A stretch of 58,689 nucleotides of DNA, taken from positions 1 through 58,689 of the IMG/VR virus record IMGVR_UViG_3300010412_000016; one strand, written 5' to 3'. The stretch's first letter is position 1, and every line of letters starts with the position of its first letter. Origin of the DNA: a virus (taxonomy: Duplodnaviria; Caudoviricetes). Below are positions 18,714 to 26,397 of this stretch, one piece after another. Below the pieces are notes generated by a model. It was given only the letters and a program-made list of their open reading frames with translations, was not told the origin of the DNA and searched no databases. The translations under genes were made by a program, and so were the position numbers.

Positions 18714-19868
18714 ATGAAGTTACATTTATTTGGATTACCACATACAATTACTACAAACGAATACAGTCATTGTGCATATACCGGAAAAATTAAACGGTTT
18801 GCTCCAATGTTACGTTCTGTTGGATATGAAGTGATTCATTATGGTGTGGCTGGAGCAGATTCCGGGGCCAATACTCAAGTGGATTTACTTTCGTATACAG
18901 AGTGGATGGATATTCTTCATAGAATGGCCAAGAGTTTATATCCCGACAGAGATGAGAGTCAATTACTTTCAAAGAAAAACTTTTTTCAAGATTTCGTTCG
19001 CCCCAACAGTGAGTTGTATACTGAATTTAATAAACGATTGGAATATCATCTAATACAGCATTATGAAGCAGGGGATATTATTTGTTTACCTTTTGGACAA
19101 GCACACGATGATGCATTGGTACGACATTTTCAGGGTGCTATAAAAGTAGAAACTGGTATTGGATATGAACATTCATATCAACCATATCGTATTTTTGAAA
19201 GTTATGCATGGTATCACTATACCGCTGGCAAACAGAACCAGTTTTATGGAAGTGATTATTGGTTTGTTATTCCAAATTACTATGATTTGAGTGAGTGGGA
19301 ATTCAATCAAACTCCCAAACGATATGTAGCCTTTATGGGACGTTTGATTGATACTAAGGGATTGAGTATTTTTGTAGAAATGGCTCGTCGAAGACCCGAC
19401 TTAAAATTTATTATGTGTGGTCAGGGTGATCCGACTCCGTGGTTGGTTCTTCCGAACATTGAATATCAAGAACCAAAACACGGACTAGAACGTTCAGAGT
19501 TTCTTGGTAACGCATTGGCATTTTTTGCAGGAAGTCGTTATATTGAACCGTTTGGTGGAGTCGCCGTTGAAGCACAACTGTGTGGTACCCCAGTACTGGG
19601 TTCTGGATTTGCATGTTTCACCGAAACAATTGAACATGGAATGACAGGATATAATTGTCACACGCTTGGTGATTTTTTAGTAGGACTGGAGGCCATTGAA
19701 AAAGGCACCGTAATAAATCGTAATTATGTTCGTTATAGAGCATCACAATTATATGACATGTATAAAGTGGCACATCAATATGATGCGGCATTTAGACAAA
19801 TTTTGGATGTAAGTCAAGACGGTTGGTTTAAACCTGTGTCATATACTACATATCGTTATAGAGTATAA
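18714..19868 (+). CDS. GT-B (GT4-like) glycosyltransferase
   Basis: AFMGRL..TKG, EPFGGVAVEAQLCGTPV, ETIEHG.TG. Confidence 0.9.
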   Translation: MKLHLFGLPHTITTNEYSHCAYTGKIKRFAPMLRSVGYEVIHYGVAGADSGANTQVDLLSYTEWMDILHRMAKSLYPDRDESQLLSKKNFFQDFVRPNSELYTEFNKRLEYHLIQHYEAGDIICLPFGQAHDDALVRHFQGAIKVETGIGYEHSYQPYRIFESYAWYHYTAGKQNQFYGSDYWFVIPNYYDLSEWEFNQTPKRYVAFMGRLIDTKGLSIFVEMARRRPDLKFIMCGQGDPTPWLVLPNIEYQEPKHGLERSEFLGNALAFFAGSRYIEPFGGVAVEAQLCGTPVLGSGFACFTETIEHGMTGYNCHTLGDFLVGLEAIEKGTVINRNYVRYRASQLYDMYKVAHQYDAAFRQILDVSQDGWFKPVSYTTYRYRV

Positions 19869-19882
19869 AGTATTTTTATCTC

Positions 19883-19911
19883 TTGACAATTGAAAGTAGA
19901 TGTAGTATATT
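19883..19911 (+). promoter_or_regulatory. sigma70-type promoter
   Basis: TTGACA-N17-TATATT. Confidence 0.75.
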
Positions 19912-19939
19912 GTTATATACTAAAATCTGGACGGTTACA

Positions 19940-20179
19940 ATGAATAAAGATGAATCCAAAAATATTAAAATACAACTTATTTTTGAGTTAGGACCAGTAA
20001 CCACAGTAATACTAGTTCAATTGATGTTGGTACTATTAAAAATTACTAACTACTTACCAACATGGTCATGGCCTACAGTTTTTATACCTATTTGGATAGT
20101 GTTACTAATTATATGTGGGACTGTAATCTTGGGGTTTTTATATTGGGTTGCGACGACATTTATTCTTAGACGTAAGTAA
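19940..20179 (+). CDS. small membrane protein
   Basis: LLKI....WSW..VFIPIW pattern, two TMs. Confidence 0.65.
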   Translation: MNKDESKNIKIQLIFELGPVTTVILVQLMLVLLKITNYLPTWSWPTVFIPIWIVLLIICGTVILGFLYWVATTFILRRK

Positions 20180-20188
20180 AGGAGTTCG

Positions 20189-20296
20189 ATGAACATTTCA
20201 GTAATTGATACAATTAATGATATCGCTGTCATTGCTGTTACTGTCTTGGTCATTTTTTGGGGATTTGCGTTAGTAGACCGCGAACGTAAAAACTAA
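20189..20296 (+). CDS. 35-aa membrane peptide
   Basis: AAGGAG RBS; single TM. Confidence 0.5.
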   Translation: MNISVIDTINDIAVIAVTVLVIFWGFALVDRERKN

Positions 20297-20298
20297 AG

Positions 20299-20640
20299 GG
20301 GTCCGTTTGGTATCGACAGACGTTTAAAAATAAAAAGTGGCGTGTCGGGAATAATTCAATCCCGTAAAATGAATTAAAATACATAAAAGCAAACGAAACA
20401 TTTGCCCTTGCTGCTTAAGTCAGCAACCTCTTTTTAGTTTTTCTCACGGATTAAAATAGAGGCCGATAGTGAGGCTGAATACGAGAAGTTCACGCATCGT
20501 AACTCAGAGTAAGTGAATAGTTAGTCGAAGAGTTGAGCGGTTTTCTCAAAGACAACGATGTATAATAAAACCGCTATACACACGTAGATACTTTTATGAG
20601 TAAGATGGACTGGACAAGGGTTCGAATCCCTTCGGATCCA
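20299..20640 (+). ncRNA. ssrA: tmRNA, tag ANETFALAA
   Basis: Acceptor GGGTCCG/CGGATCC-A with G3-U70; TCGAC after the 5' stem; T arm AAGGG-TTCGAAT-CCCTT; tag frame GCA...GCT GCT TAA at 20389-20418. Confidence 0.95.
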
Positions 20641-20656
20641 TACTGGAGGAAATGAT

Positions 20657-20866
20657 ATGGAAAGCGCAATGGATTATGTAGTAATTATAGGTGCAGCAGC
20701 ATTTGCCATATTTATTATATGGAATATGTTTTTTAAAGATATGTTTTCAAATCCCGGTAATCCGGGTGGTAGCGGGGGTGGTACTGGCGGCGGTACTGGT
20801 GGTGGCACTGGTGGCGGAACTGGTGGTGGCGATAGTACCGACGACGAAGAAATAATTTTACCTTAA
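20657..20866 (+). CDS. small membrane protein with (GGGT)n repeat
   Basis: GGAGG RBS; TM followed by Gly/Thr repeats. Confidence 0.7.
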   Translation: MESAMDYVVIIGAAAFAIFIIWNMFFKDMFSNPGNPGGSGGGTGGGTGGGTGGGTGGGDSTDDEEIILP

Positions 20867-20881
20867 TAGGAGTTACACTAT

Positions 20882-21118
20882 ATGAAGAAGTTATTGTGGC
20901 TGGGATTAATTTTTGTATTGGCATGTAAACCCACACCGTCTGGTGGTGGTACTGGTGGCGGGACTGGTGGTGGCACTGGTGGTGGCACTGGTGGCGAAAA
21001 CGGTGGTTGTGATCCAGAAACCGCAGTTGAAACTTGCGATGGTTCTGACCCACGTGCCGAAATGTCTGCCGGACGTACTGATTCGGTTGTCATTTCTATT
21101 GACACTACTGGAAATTAA
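20882..21118 (+). CDS. lipoprotein with (GGGT)n repeat
   Basis: AGGAG RBS; lipobox VLA-C; Gly/Thr repeats. Confidence 0.7.
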   Translation: MKKLLWLGLIFVLACKPTPSGGGTGGGTGGGTGGGTGGENGGCDPETAVETCDGSDPRAEMSAGRTDSVVISIDTTGN

Positions 21119-21127
21119 TTAAAAACA

Positions 21128-21217
21128 TTCATAACGGAAACGCGAAGATGGTGTGCTTCGCGCCGAATGGGGATAAGGACTGATTCGGGCAAATGGTGAC
21201 AATATTTCCGTTATGAG
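21128..21217 (+). ncRNA. unassigned three-helix structured RNA
   Basis: TCATAACGGAAA/TTTCCGTTATGA closing CGCGAAG/CTTCGCG and CCGAAT/ATTCGG. Confidence 0.55.
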
Positions 21218-21265
21218 TACTTTTTGTAAATCCGATTCGTTAATTCGGAATTATAAATGTGGGGC

Positions 21266-21310
21266 TTGACAAATAAACGATATTGTAGTATATTTAGTAT
21301 CGTTCTTTGA
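21266..21310 (+). promoter_or_regulatory. sigma70-type promoter plus boxA-like element
   Basis: TTGACA-N17-TATATT, then GTTCTTTGA at 21302-21310. Confidence 0.75.
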
Positions 21311-21311
21311 G

Positions 21312-22207
21312 AGGTAGGAAGTAACGGGCTGTTTGGAGTCCGTAATCATAATACGAGGTAACCCGTATAAAGGGGGATTGGCACCTCACCGCCCCGCCTG
21401 ACGTAAGTTGGGAGAATCCAAACAAGCCACATTCAGTTACCCGCGAGGGTAATGTATCGGATGAAACCGGTAATAGGCTGGAAGTGTGTGAAAGGGAAAG
21501 AACCTTAGCTTAAGTGCCACGATTCAGTTCGGCTGGCGTGGGAACACTTGCAAGGAAAGACTGACGGGTGGTGCCGGGATCCTTTCAAACCAACACACGA
21601 CAGAGTATGAACAAGTGGTAATCAATTAGTGCAAGCGGGGGACCGTGAGTGTTAATTGGTAGTATGAGTGGATCTGGTTTCCCAGCGGATTCCAAAGAGG
21701 AGCCAGAATCACAAAATACGAAGGAGTACCTTCACAGGGAAACTTAGCAGTGGAGTGTCGCATTTCGATGTTCAAAAGATATCGAAACGACTGGAGGCGC
21801 ACTTCACGGAGGTTAACAGCTAGGTAGCTTGAAACTACCACAAGAATTTGGATCTTGTACATTTCAAAAAAAGGAAAGACGCCTCCGGTGCTACGCGAAA
21901 AGGTTTCTTGAAGTAGCGTAACGCCAGACTTCTTCGGAAGAATCTGGCAGGGTTATTGTCCCCAAGACGATGATTCTTCAATCGGCATCCGCACATAACG
22001 GGGTAGCTCCCGTGAACGGCTCGCAAGGTCGGTGGTAGGATTAAGGTTGAGTAACGTAGCATGACAGTCTCACCGCAGAGACTTTAATAAACGCCGCTAT
22101 GATTCTTTACCTACATGAGTAGGTGGATACGAGAAGAACGGTGGGATGGGAATCCCATTGATAATGTCTCAAAAGGAGAATCACAAAGGCTGTAATCTCA
22201 AGCCTTC
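21312..22207 (+). ncRNA. large structured ncRNA, probably GOLLD RNA
   Basis: ~900 nt with no credible ORF and elevated GC; many helices (GGCTGTTTGGA/TCCAAACAAGCC, TTACCC-GCGA-GGGTAA, GCCAGA/TCTGGC with a TTCG loop, terminal AAGGCT-GTAATCTCA-AGCCTT); own promoter; directly followed by tRNAs. Confidence 0.7.
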
Positions 22208-22211
22208 TCTT

Positions 22212-22280
22212 GCGGCCTTAGTGTTAATGAGCACGGTTGGCTTCCAGCCGACAGGTCCGGTTCAAATCCGAGAGGTCGCT
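22212..22280 (+). tRNA. tRNA-Gly(TCC), degenerate copy
   Basis: GCGGCCT/AGGTCGC, U73; GTTGG-CTTCCAG-CCGAC; D-loop lacks GG; imperfect T stem. Confidence 0.7.
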
Positions 22281-22311
22281 CTTCGAGCTAAATAGTATAG
22301 TTATAATACAC

Positions 22312-22383
22312 GGCCCTATCGTCTACTGGCTAGGATGCGACCCTTTCAAGGTCGAGAAACGAGATCGATACTCGTTAGGGCTA
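22312..22383 (+). tRNA. tRNA-Glu(TTC)
   Basis: GGCCCTA/TAGGGCT; CGACC-CTTTCAA-GGTCG; T-loop ATCGATA (A54). Confidence 0.9.
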
Positions 22384-22389
22384 TTTCGA

Positions 22390-22461
22390 CGCGGGGTAGA
22401 GAAGTAGCAACTCGTCACGCTCATAATGTGAAGATCGTGGGTGCAAATCCCACCCCCGCCA
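22390..22461 (+). tRNA. initiator-like tRNA-fMet(CAT)
   Basis: CGCGGGG/CCCCGCC with C1:C72 mismatch; TCACG-CTCATAA-TGTGA; T-loop TGCAAAT. Confidence 0.85.
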
Positions 22462-22521
22462 TTTTTAAACAAACATGAAAAAACACGATATTTATTGATA
22501 CAACCCAATGGGGAGTTATCA

Positions 22522-22809
22522 ATGACTAACGTGTTTGACCGTTATGGTAATATGGTCGCAAAAACAAATGGTAGTGAATTATTTGACCGATATCATAATT
22601 TAGTGGGTTATATTGACACCAAAGCGGTGTACGATAGATTTAAAAATATGATTGGACATTTACGACCAGCTTCATTTGGGATAGATGTATTTGACCGATA
22701 TGGTAATAAAGTCGGTTCATATGAAAATGGATTAGTAAAAGATCGATATGGAAATATGATAGGTGGTTGTGGCATTGCAGCAGGTGCAGCATACTTACTA
22801 CTTATATAA
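22522..22809 (+). CDS. repeat protein ((F/Y)DRYGN x5; beta-flower-like)
   Basis: Five DR(Y/F)xN repeats; C-terminal AAGAAYLLLI; GGGAG RBS. Confidence 0.65.
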   Translation: MTNVFDRYGNMVAKTNGSELFDRYHNLVGYIDTKAVYDRFKNMIGHLRPASFGIDVFDRYGNKVGSYENGLVKDRYGNMIGGCGIAAGAAYLLLI

Positions 22810-22813
22810 GTGA

Positions 22814-22958
22814 TGTGGATAGAACTTCTATAGCCCCGCCACAGGCTTTTAAAGTACAACGGGGTTGCCCCTAGAAAGAGTTCAATTCCACACAAGAACC
22901 AGTAAAGTCCTTGTGAACGTCTGGGTTAATAAAACGTGGTTTTACAGACTAGGGGCAA
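22814..22958 (+). ncRNA. unassigned structured element with alternative folds
   Basis: Rod TGTGGA..GAACT..TCTA..TAGCCCCG / CGGGGTTG..TAGA..AGTTC..TCCACA competes with TTGCCCCTAG/CTAGGGGCAA plus GTAAAGTC/GGTTTTAC. Confidence 0.55.
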
Positions 22959-22959
22959 T

Positions 22960-23030
22960 GCCTTCATGGTGTAGCAGGAACACGACAGCCTTCCAAGCTG
23001 TAGTCATCGGGGCAGAACCGATTGGGGGCT
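22960..23030 (+). tRNA. tRNA-Gly(TCC), non-canonical T-loop GGCAGAA
   Basis: GCCTTCA/TGGGGGC, U73; ACAGC-CTTCCAA-GCTGT; ATCGG/CCGAT T stem. Confidence 0.85.
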
Positions 23031-23057
23031 CTGAGTTTATGGGTAAAAAGTGAGGAC

Positions 23058-23086
23058 TTGACAAAAACTCATATATAGTGTATATT
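23058..23086 (+). promoter_or_regulatory. sigma70-type promoter
   Basis: TTGACA-N17-TATATT. Confidence 0.8.
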
Positions 23087-23098
23087 TATACATGTAGT

Positions 23099-23288
23099 AA
23101 AAACTTAGCTAATGGTAATCACGCGGTTGGAGCTTTATACTAATATTTGCTTTACTGTAAACAGTACGTAGACTGCTCTCGCGTTAACGGAATCTTAAAG
23201 GGTGTCCGAACGGAGCACCGCCGTTGAGTAAAGAACATATTGATCCCTGACTCGTGTTTTCAATATGATTACCATTACTAAGTTTTTT
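23099..23288 (+). ncRNA. unassigned ~190-nt multibranch ncRNA
   Basis: AAAAACTTAG-C-TAATGGTAATCA pairs with TGATTACCATTA-CTAAGTTTTT; three internal domains; promoter 12 nt upstream; T run at the end. Confidence 0.7.
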
Positions 23289-23313
23289 ATATCCATTTCA
23301 AAAGGAAGGTTAT

Positions 23314-23598
23314 ATGGCTGCAATTGTTTCATTTGATCCGACACGTTCAGACGGGCCACAAATAGTTGAACATCCGGTATATCATTCAGATAACCCTCGA
23401 GTTGATCGACCATATGACAGTGATTGGAAAAAACCAAGTTTGAATATGTCAATTCCAATGTTGATTGCTGATCATGCTCCTGCAAGGATTGAAGAAATCA
23501 GCATTAAACTAAGAAAATTGGACGAACAAATTACTGAGTTGGAAAAAGAAAAAAGAATTCTGGATGAGTTACTAAAAGTTGTACAATCTTCTCGTTAA
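23314..23598 (+). CDS. hypothetical protein with C-terminal coiled coil
   Basis: AGGAAGG RBS; heptads. Confidence 0.65.
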   Translation: MAAIVSFDPTRSDGPQIVEHPVYHSDNPRVDRPYDSDWKKPSLNMSIPMLIADHAPARIEEISIKLRKLDEQITELEKEKRILDELLKVVQSSR

Positions 23599-23632
23599 TA
23601 ATTACTACTTATACTAAAGTGGGGAAACGGTT

Positions 23633-24112
23633 ATGAAACTGCGAAGAGCAACGTCAAAAAAACACGCTCGCCAAGTAATGAAAACTGGTAAGCAATGGTT
23701 GTTGTGTAGTAAATGTCAAGGCGCAGAAATGGAGGTTTTAGGAGATGTATCATCAGTTATTTGCAGTGACTGCGTACAACGAATGGTTCCTCCGCCGGAG
23801 CAAAAAACTATTAAGGCACATCTTGATAGTAATGGAGAAAAATTTCCCCGTGGTTGGCATCTCAAGAAGCGATTTGTCGCTTCAGATGGGACTGTATATG
23901 AACGAGGAAAAAAAGTCGGAGAATCAACCGGAAGTGACACAAAATCAGTTTCCGGAAAAAGAAATAAAGTTACAGGCGGAAGTAGAAAGCGTGGACGACC
24001 TCCAAAGTCTGCGAAGTCGAGTGCTGGAAAGCGTGGACGGCCCCCAAAGCTTACAAAACTCGTCAGCAAGTCAAAAGGACGTCGAGGGCGTCCTCCAAAA
24101 CGTAGAAAATGA
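23633..24112 (+). CDS. Zn-ribbon plus triple AT-hook protein
   Basis: CSKC...CSDC; RKRGRPPK, KRGRPPK, RRGRPPKR. Confidence 0.75.
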   Translation: MKLRRATSKKHARQVMKTGKQWLLCSKCQGAEMEVLGDVSSVICSDCVQRMVPPPEQKTIKAHLDSNGEKFPRGWHLKKRFVASDGTVYERGKKVGESTGSDTKSVSGKRNKVTGGSRKRGRPPKSAKSSAGKRGRPPKLTKLVSKSKGRRGRPPKRRK

Positions 24113-24128
24113 TGTAGGAAAAATTTTA

Positions 24129-24428
24129 ATGATACCTCAGAGAATGGTAAAATCTTTGAGAAAATTTTTTCTGAATAATCCAGATGTAATGCACAAGTTT
24201 CTACTTAATAAAATTTCCACTGCAATTGAAAAAGATATTACAGAAGCTAAGTTATTTTATTTGGGAAATTTGGATACGCTTGCAACTATAAAGTATAATG
24301 ATTACGATAAAGTTTTAAATGATGCAATGGCATTTTTTATTAAAACCGAACAGTATGAATTGGCAGAGAAATGTAAGCAATCAATTACTACCCATACGAT
24401 AGAAAAACTAATTAAAAGTGTAAAATGA
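24129..24428 (+). CDS. hypothetical protein with UVR-like C-terminal motif
   Basis: EQYELAEKCK; probable start ATG 24129 (the longer ORF overlaps the previous gene). Confidence 0.55.
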   Translation: MIPQRMVKSLRKFFLNNPDVMHKFLLNKISTAIEKDITEAKLFYLGNLDTLATIKYNDYDKVLNDAMAFFIKTEQYELAEKCKQSITTHTIEKLIKSVK

Positions 24429-24441
24429 GTTGAGTATTTTT

Positions 24442-24951
24442 ATGTTAGAAACAATTAGATGTGTGGTGTTAAATTCCACCTATAGACCAATGCATGTAAT
24501 TCCGGCGAAACGTGCTCTGAAACTGTACTTTGAAGGTAAGGTACACATTGTTGAACAGCATCCTACGTATATGGTTCACTCAGTTCGGGCAAGTTGGCCC
24601 GTTCCAATTATAGTAGCATTGAAGAAATTTATTAAGGAGCGGGTTGGTCCTGCGATTCTTACGAAGAGAAATTTGTTTATTCGTGACAAATACACTTGTC
24701 AATATTGTGGTCGTGCTAAGAGCCAATTTAAACCACAGGAATTTTTAACCGTTGATCATGTCATACCACAAGCACGAGGCGGTACAAATACGTGGTTGAA
24801 TGTAGTTAGTGCATGCTCTACATGTAACAATTTGAAAGGCGATACACCACTTGAAAAAACTCGTATGCGCCTATTGACTAAACCTACAATTCCTACTATA
24901 TTCGAGATATGGAGTAAGTATCTTTCTAAAAAATATCATTTAACTGTATAA
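24442..24951 (+). CDS. HNH endonuclease (McrA-like)
   Basis: VLNSTYRP, RDKYTCQYCG, TVDHVIPQARGG, WLNVVSAC.TCN..KG. Confidence 0.9.
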   Translation: MLETIRCVVLNSTYRPMHVIPAKRALKLYFEGKVHIVEQHPTYMVHSVRASWPVPIIVALKKFIKERVGPAILTKRNLFIRDKYTCQYCGRAKSQFKPQEFLTVDHVIPQARGGTNTWLNVVSACSTCNNLKGDTPLEKTRMRLLTKPTIPTIFEIWSKYLSKKYHLTV

Positions 24952-24959
24952 AAATAGGA

Positions 24960-25619
24960 TTGATTATGGTTACGGAAGAACAAATTAAAGAACAATATGA
25001 ACGGTTTATGAAGTTGATTCAGGAAGATTCTCGTAATGAGAATTTACTGAAAATGTATGAAGTTTTGGGAGAACGGCTTATAGAAGCTCCCGCTTCATCT
25101 CGCATTCACTTTCATAACGCATTTCCGGGCGGCTATCTCGATCACGTGCTGAGCGTATACGATGCCGCCCTTCGCGTTGCGAAACTGTTTAAGGAACTCG
25201 GCGGCGTGCTAAATTTTACCAAACAAGAATTAACAATGGCTGCACTTCATCACGATTTGGGTAAGTTGGGAGACTTAGACCAGCCATATTATTTGGATCA
25301 AGATTCCGATTGGCATCGTCGGCGCGGCGAAGTTTTTAAAATGAATGATGCCCTACAATTTATGCACGTTCCGGACAGAGCATTGTTTTTACTTCAGCAT
25401 TTTGATGTTAAATTAACTAGAGCAGAATGGTTATCTATAAAACTATCTGATGGTATGTATGATGATGGAAATAAGGCATATTTAAAGCATGTTCCATATC
25501 CATATTCAATGCACACCAATCTACCATACATCATTCACACCGCTGATTATTTGGCTTGTAGTGCGGAACGTGATCAGAGCAGAATTAATCTTGAGGATGA
25601 TTCTACAAGCGAGAGTTAA
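24960..25619 (+). CDS. HD-domain phosphohydrolase
   Basis: APAS...HNAFPGGYLDH, LHHDLGK, IHTAD. Confidence 0.85.
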   Translation: MIMVTEEQIKEQYERFMKLIQEDSRNENLLKMYEVLGERLIEAPASSRIHFHNAFPGGYLDHVLSVYDAALRVAKLFKELGGVLNFTKQELTMAALHHDLGKLGDLDQPYYLDQDSDWHRRRGEVFKMNDALQFMHVPDRALFLLQHFDVKLTRAEWLSIKLSDGMYDDGNKAYLKHVPYPYSMHTNLPYIIHTADYLACSAERDQSRINLEDDSTSES

Positions 25620-25796
25620 ATGTTTGGATATATGATTGCATGGACAATTATAATAGCATTTTTAGCCGAAATGATTTCGCAACAACATGGGAATGAGTGG
25701 GGTTATGTAACGATTTGGATATTGTCGGGATTAGTAGTTAGATTGTATGATAAAATTAAAAAATACGAACGTGAAAATTTTATGGAAAACGATTAA
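25620..25796 (+). CDS. small two-TM membrane protein
   Basis: 58-aa ORF abutting the HD gene. Confidence 0.55.
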   Translation: MFGYMIAWTIIIAFLAEMISQQHGNEWGYVTIWILSGLVVRLYDKIKKYERENFMEND

Positions 25797-25826
25797 AACC
25801 GAACTATTAAATATATTTATAGGTGT

Positions 25827-25875
25827 GAGATTGCCCACTTGGGAATCTCCAAATCAACGCCCATGATGGGGTTGA
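25827..25875 (+). promoter_or_regulatory. hsp20 leader with tandem bulged-G hairpins
   Basis: GAGATT-G-CCCA-CT-TGGG-AATCTC and TCAAC-G-CCCA-TGA-TGGG-GTTGA, after TATTTATA (25814-25821). Confidence 0.6.
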
Positions 25876-25899
25876 AAATTTAACAAAAGGAGGTCTTAT

Positions 25900-26397
25900 A
25901 TGACAAATTTAATGCGCAAGAGCGGTACACCTGTTACGGTACTTAGAAACAGAGACAATTACATTAATTCATTTGACAGAATTTTTGATGAAATGTTTAA
26001 AACAACATTTCCAGAAATTTTTAAAATTTCGGGAATTGAAACCATCGATGGTGGATACCCAAAAGTTAATGTAATGTCATATCCAGAATCAATTGTTATT
26101 GAAGCAGAGATTGCTGGTATGGACAAGAAGGACATTTCTGTTGATGTAAATATTGAGCATGGTGAGAAATATCTTACCATTAGAGGCTCCAAATCAACGG
26201 ACGTATCGGAAAAAAATGAAGATGAAGTTGTATATCTTCGTAGAGAGTTGAAGCGTTCATCGTTTAGTAGAACGTTCCACGTAGGAAATACTCTCAATCT
26301 TGATAACATTAGTGCTGAATTTAATAATGGGTTACTAACCATTACCATCCCAAAGATGGAAAAGGAGACAGGTGTTACAAAAGTAGAAATTAAATAG
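25900..26397 (+). CDS. small heat-shock protein (Hsp20/alpha-crystallin)
   Basis: YPKVNV, AEIAG..K.DI.V, LTI.G, RE..RSSF.RTF, ISA.F.NGLL.ITIPK. Confidence 0.95.
   Translation: MTNLMRKSGTPVTVLRNRDNYINSFDRIFDEMFKTTFPEIFKISGIETIDGGYPKVNVMSYPESIVIEAEIAGMDKKDISVDVNIEHGEKYLTIRGSKSTDVSEKNEDEVVYLRRELKRSSFSRTFHVGNTLNLDNISAEFNNGLLTITIPKMEKETGVTKVEIK

Noticed and set aside
21128-21217. Hammerhead ribozyme
   Set aside because: GAAA and CTGA are present but not in the required CUGANGA/GAAA junction arrangement.
21626-22062. Two minus-strand ORFs inside the large ncRNA
   Set aside because: They are short, have no motifs, and are antisense to a promoter-driven, highly structured region.
23745-24128. Long overlapping dual-coding region
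   Set aside because: The overlap frame is most simply a by-product of the low-complexity AT-hook gene. A plausible ATG at 24129 explains the downstream protein.
24442-24951. Intron-encoded homing endonuclease
   Set aside because: It is a free-standing McrA-like HNH between intact genes, with no flanking intron structure.
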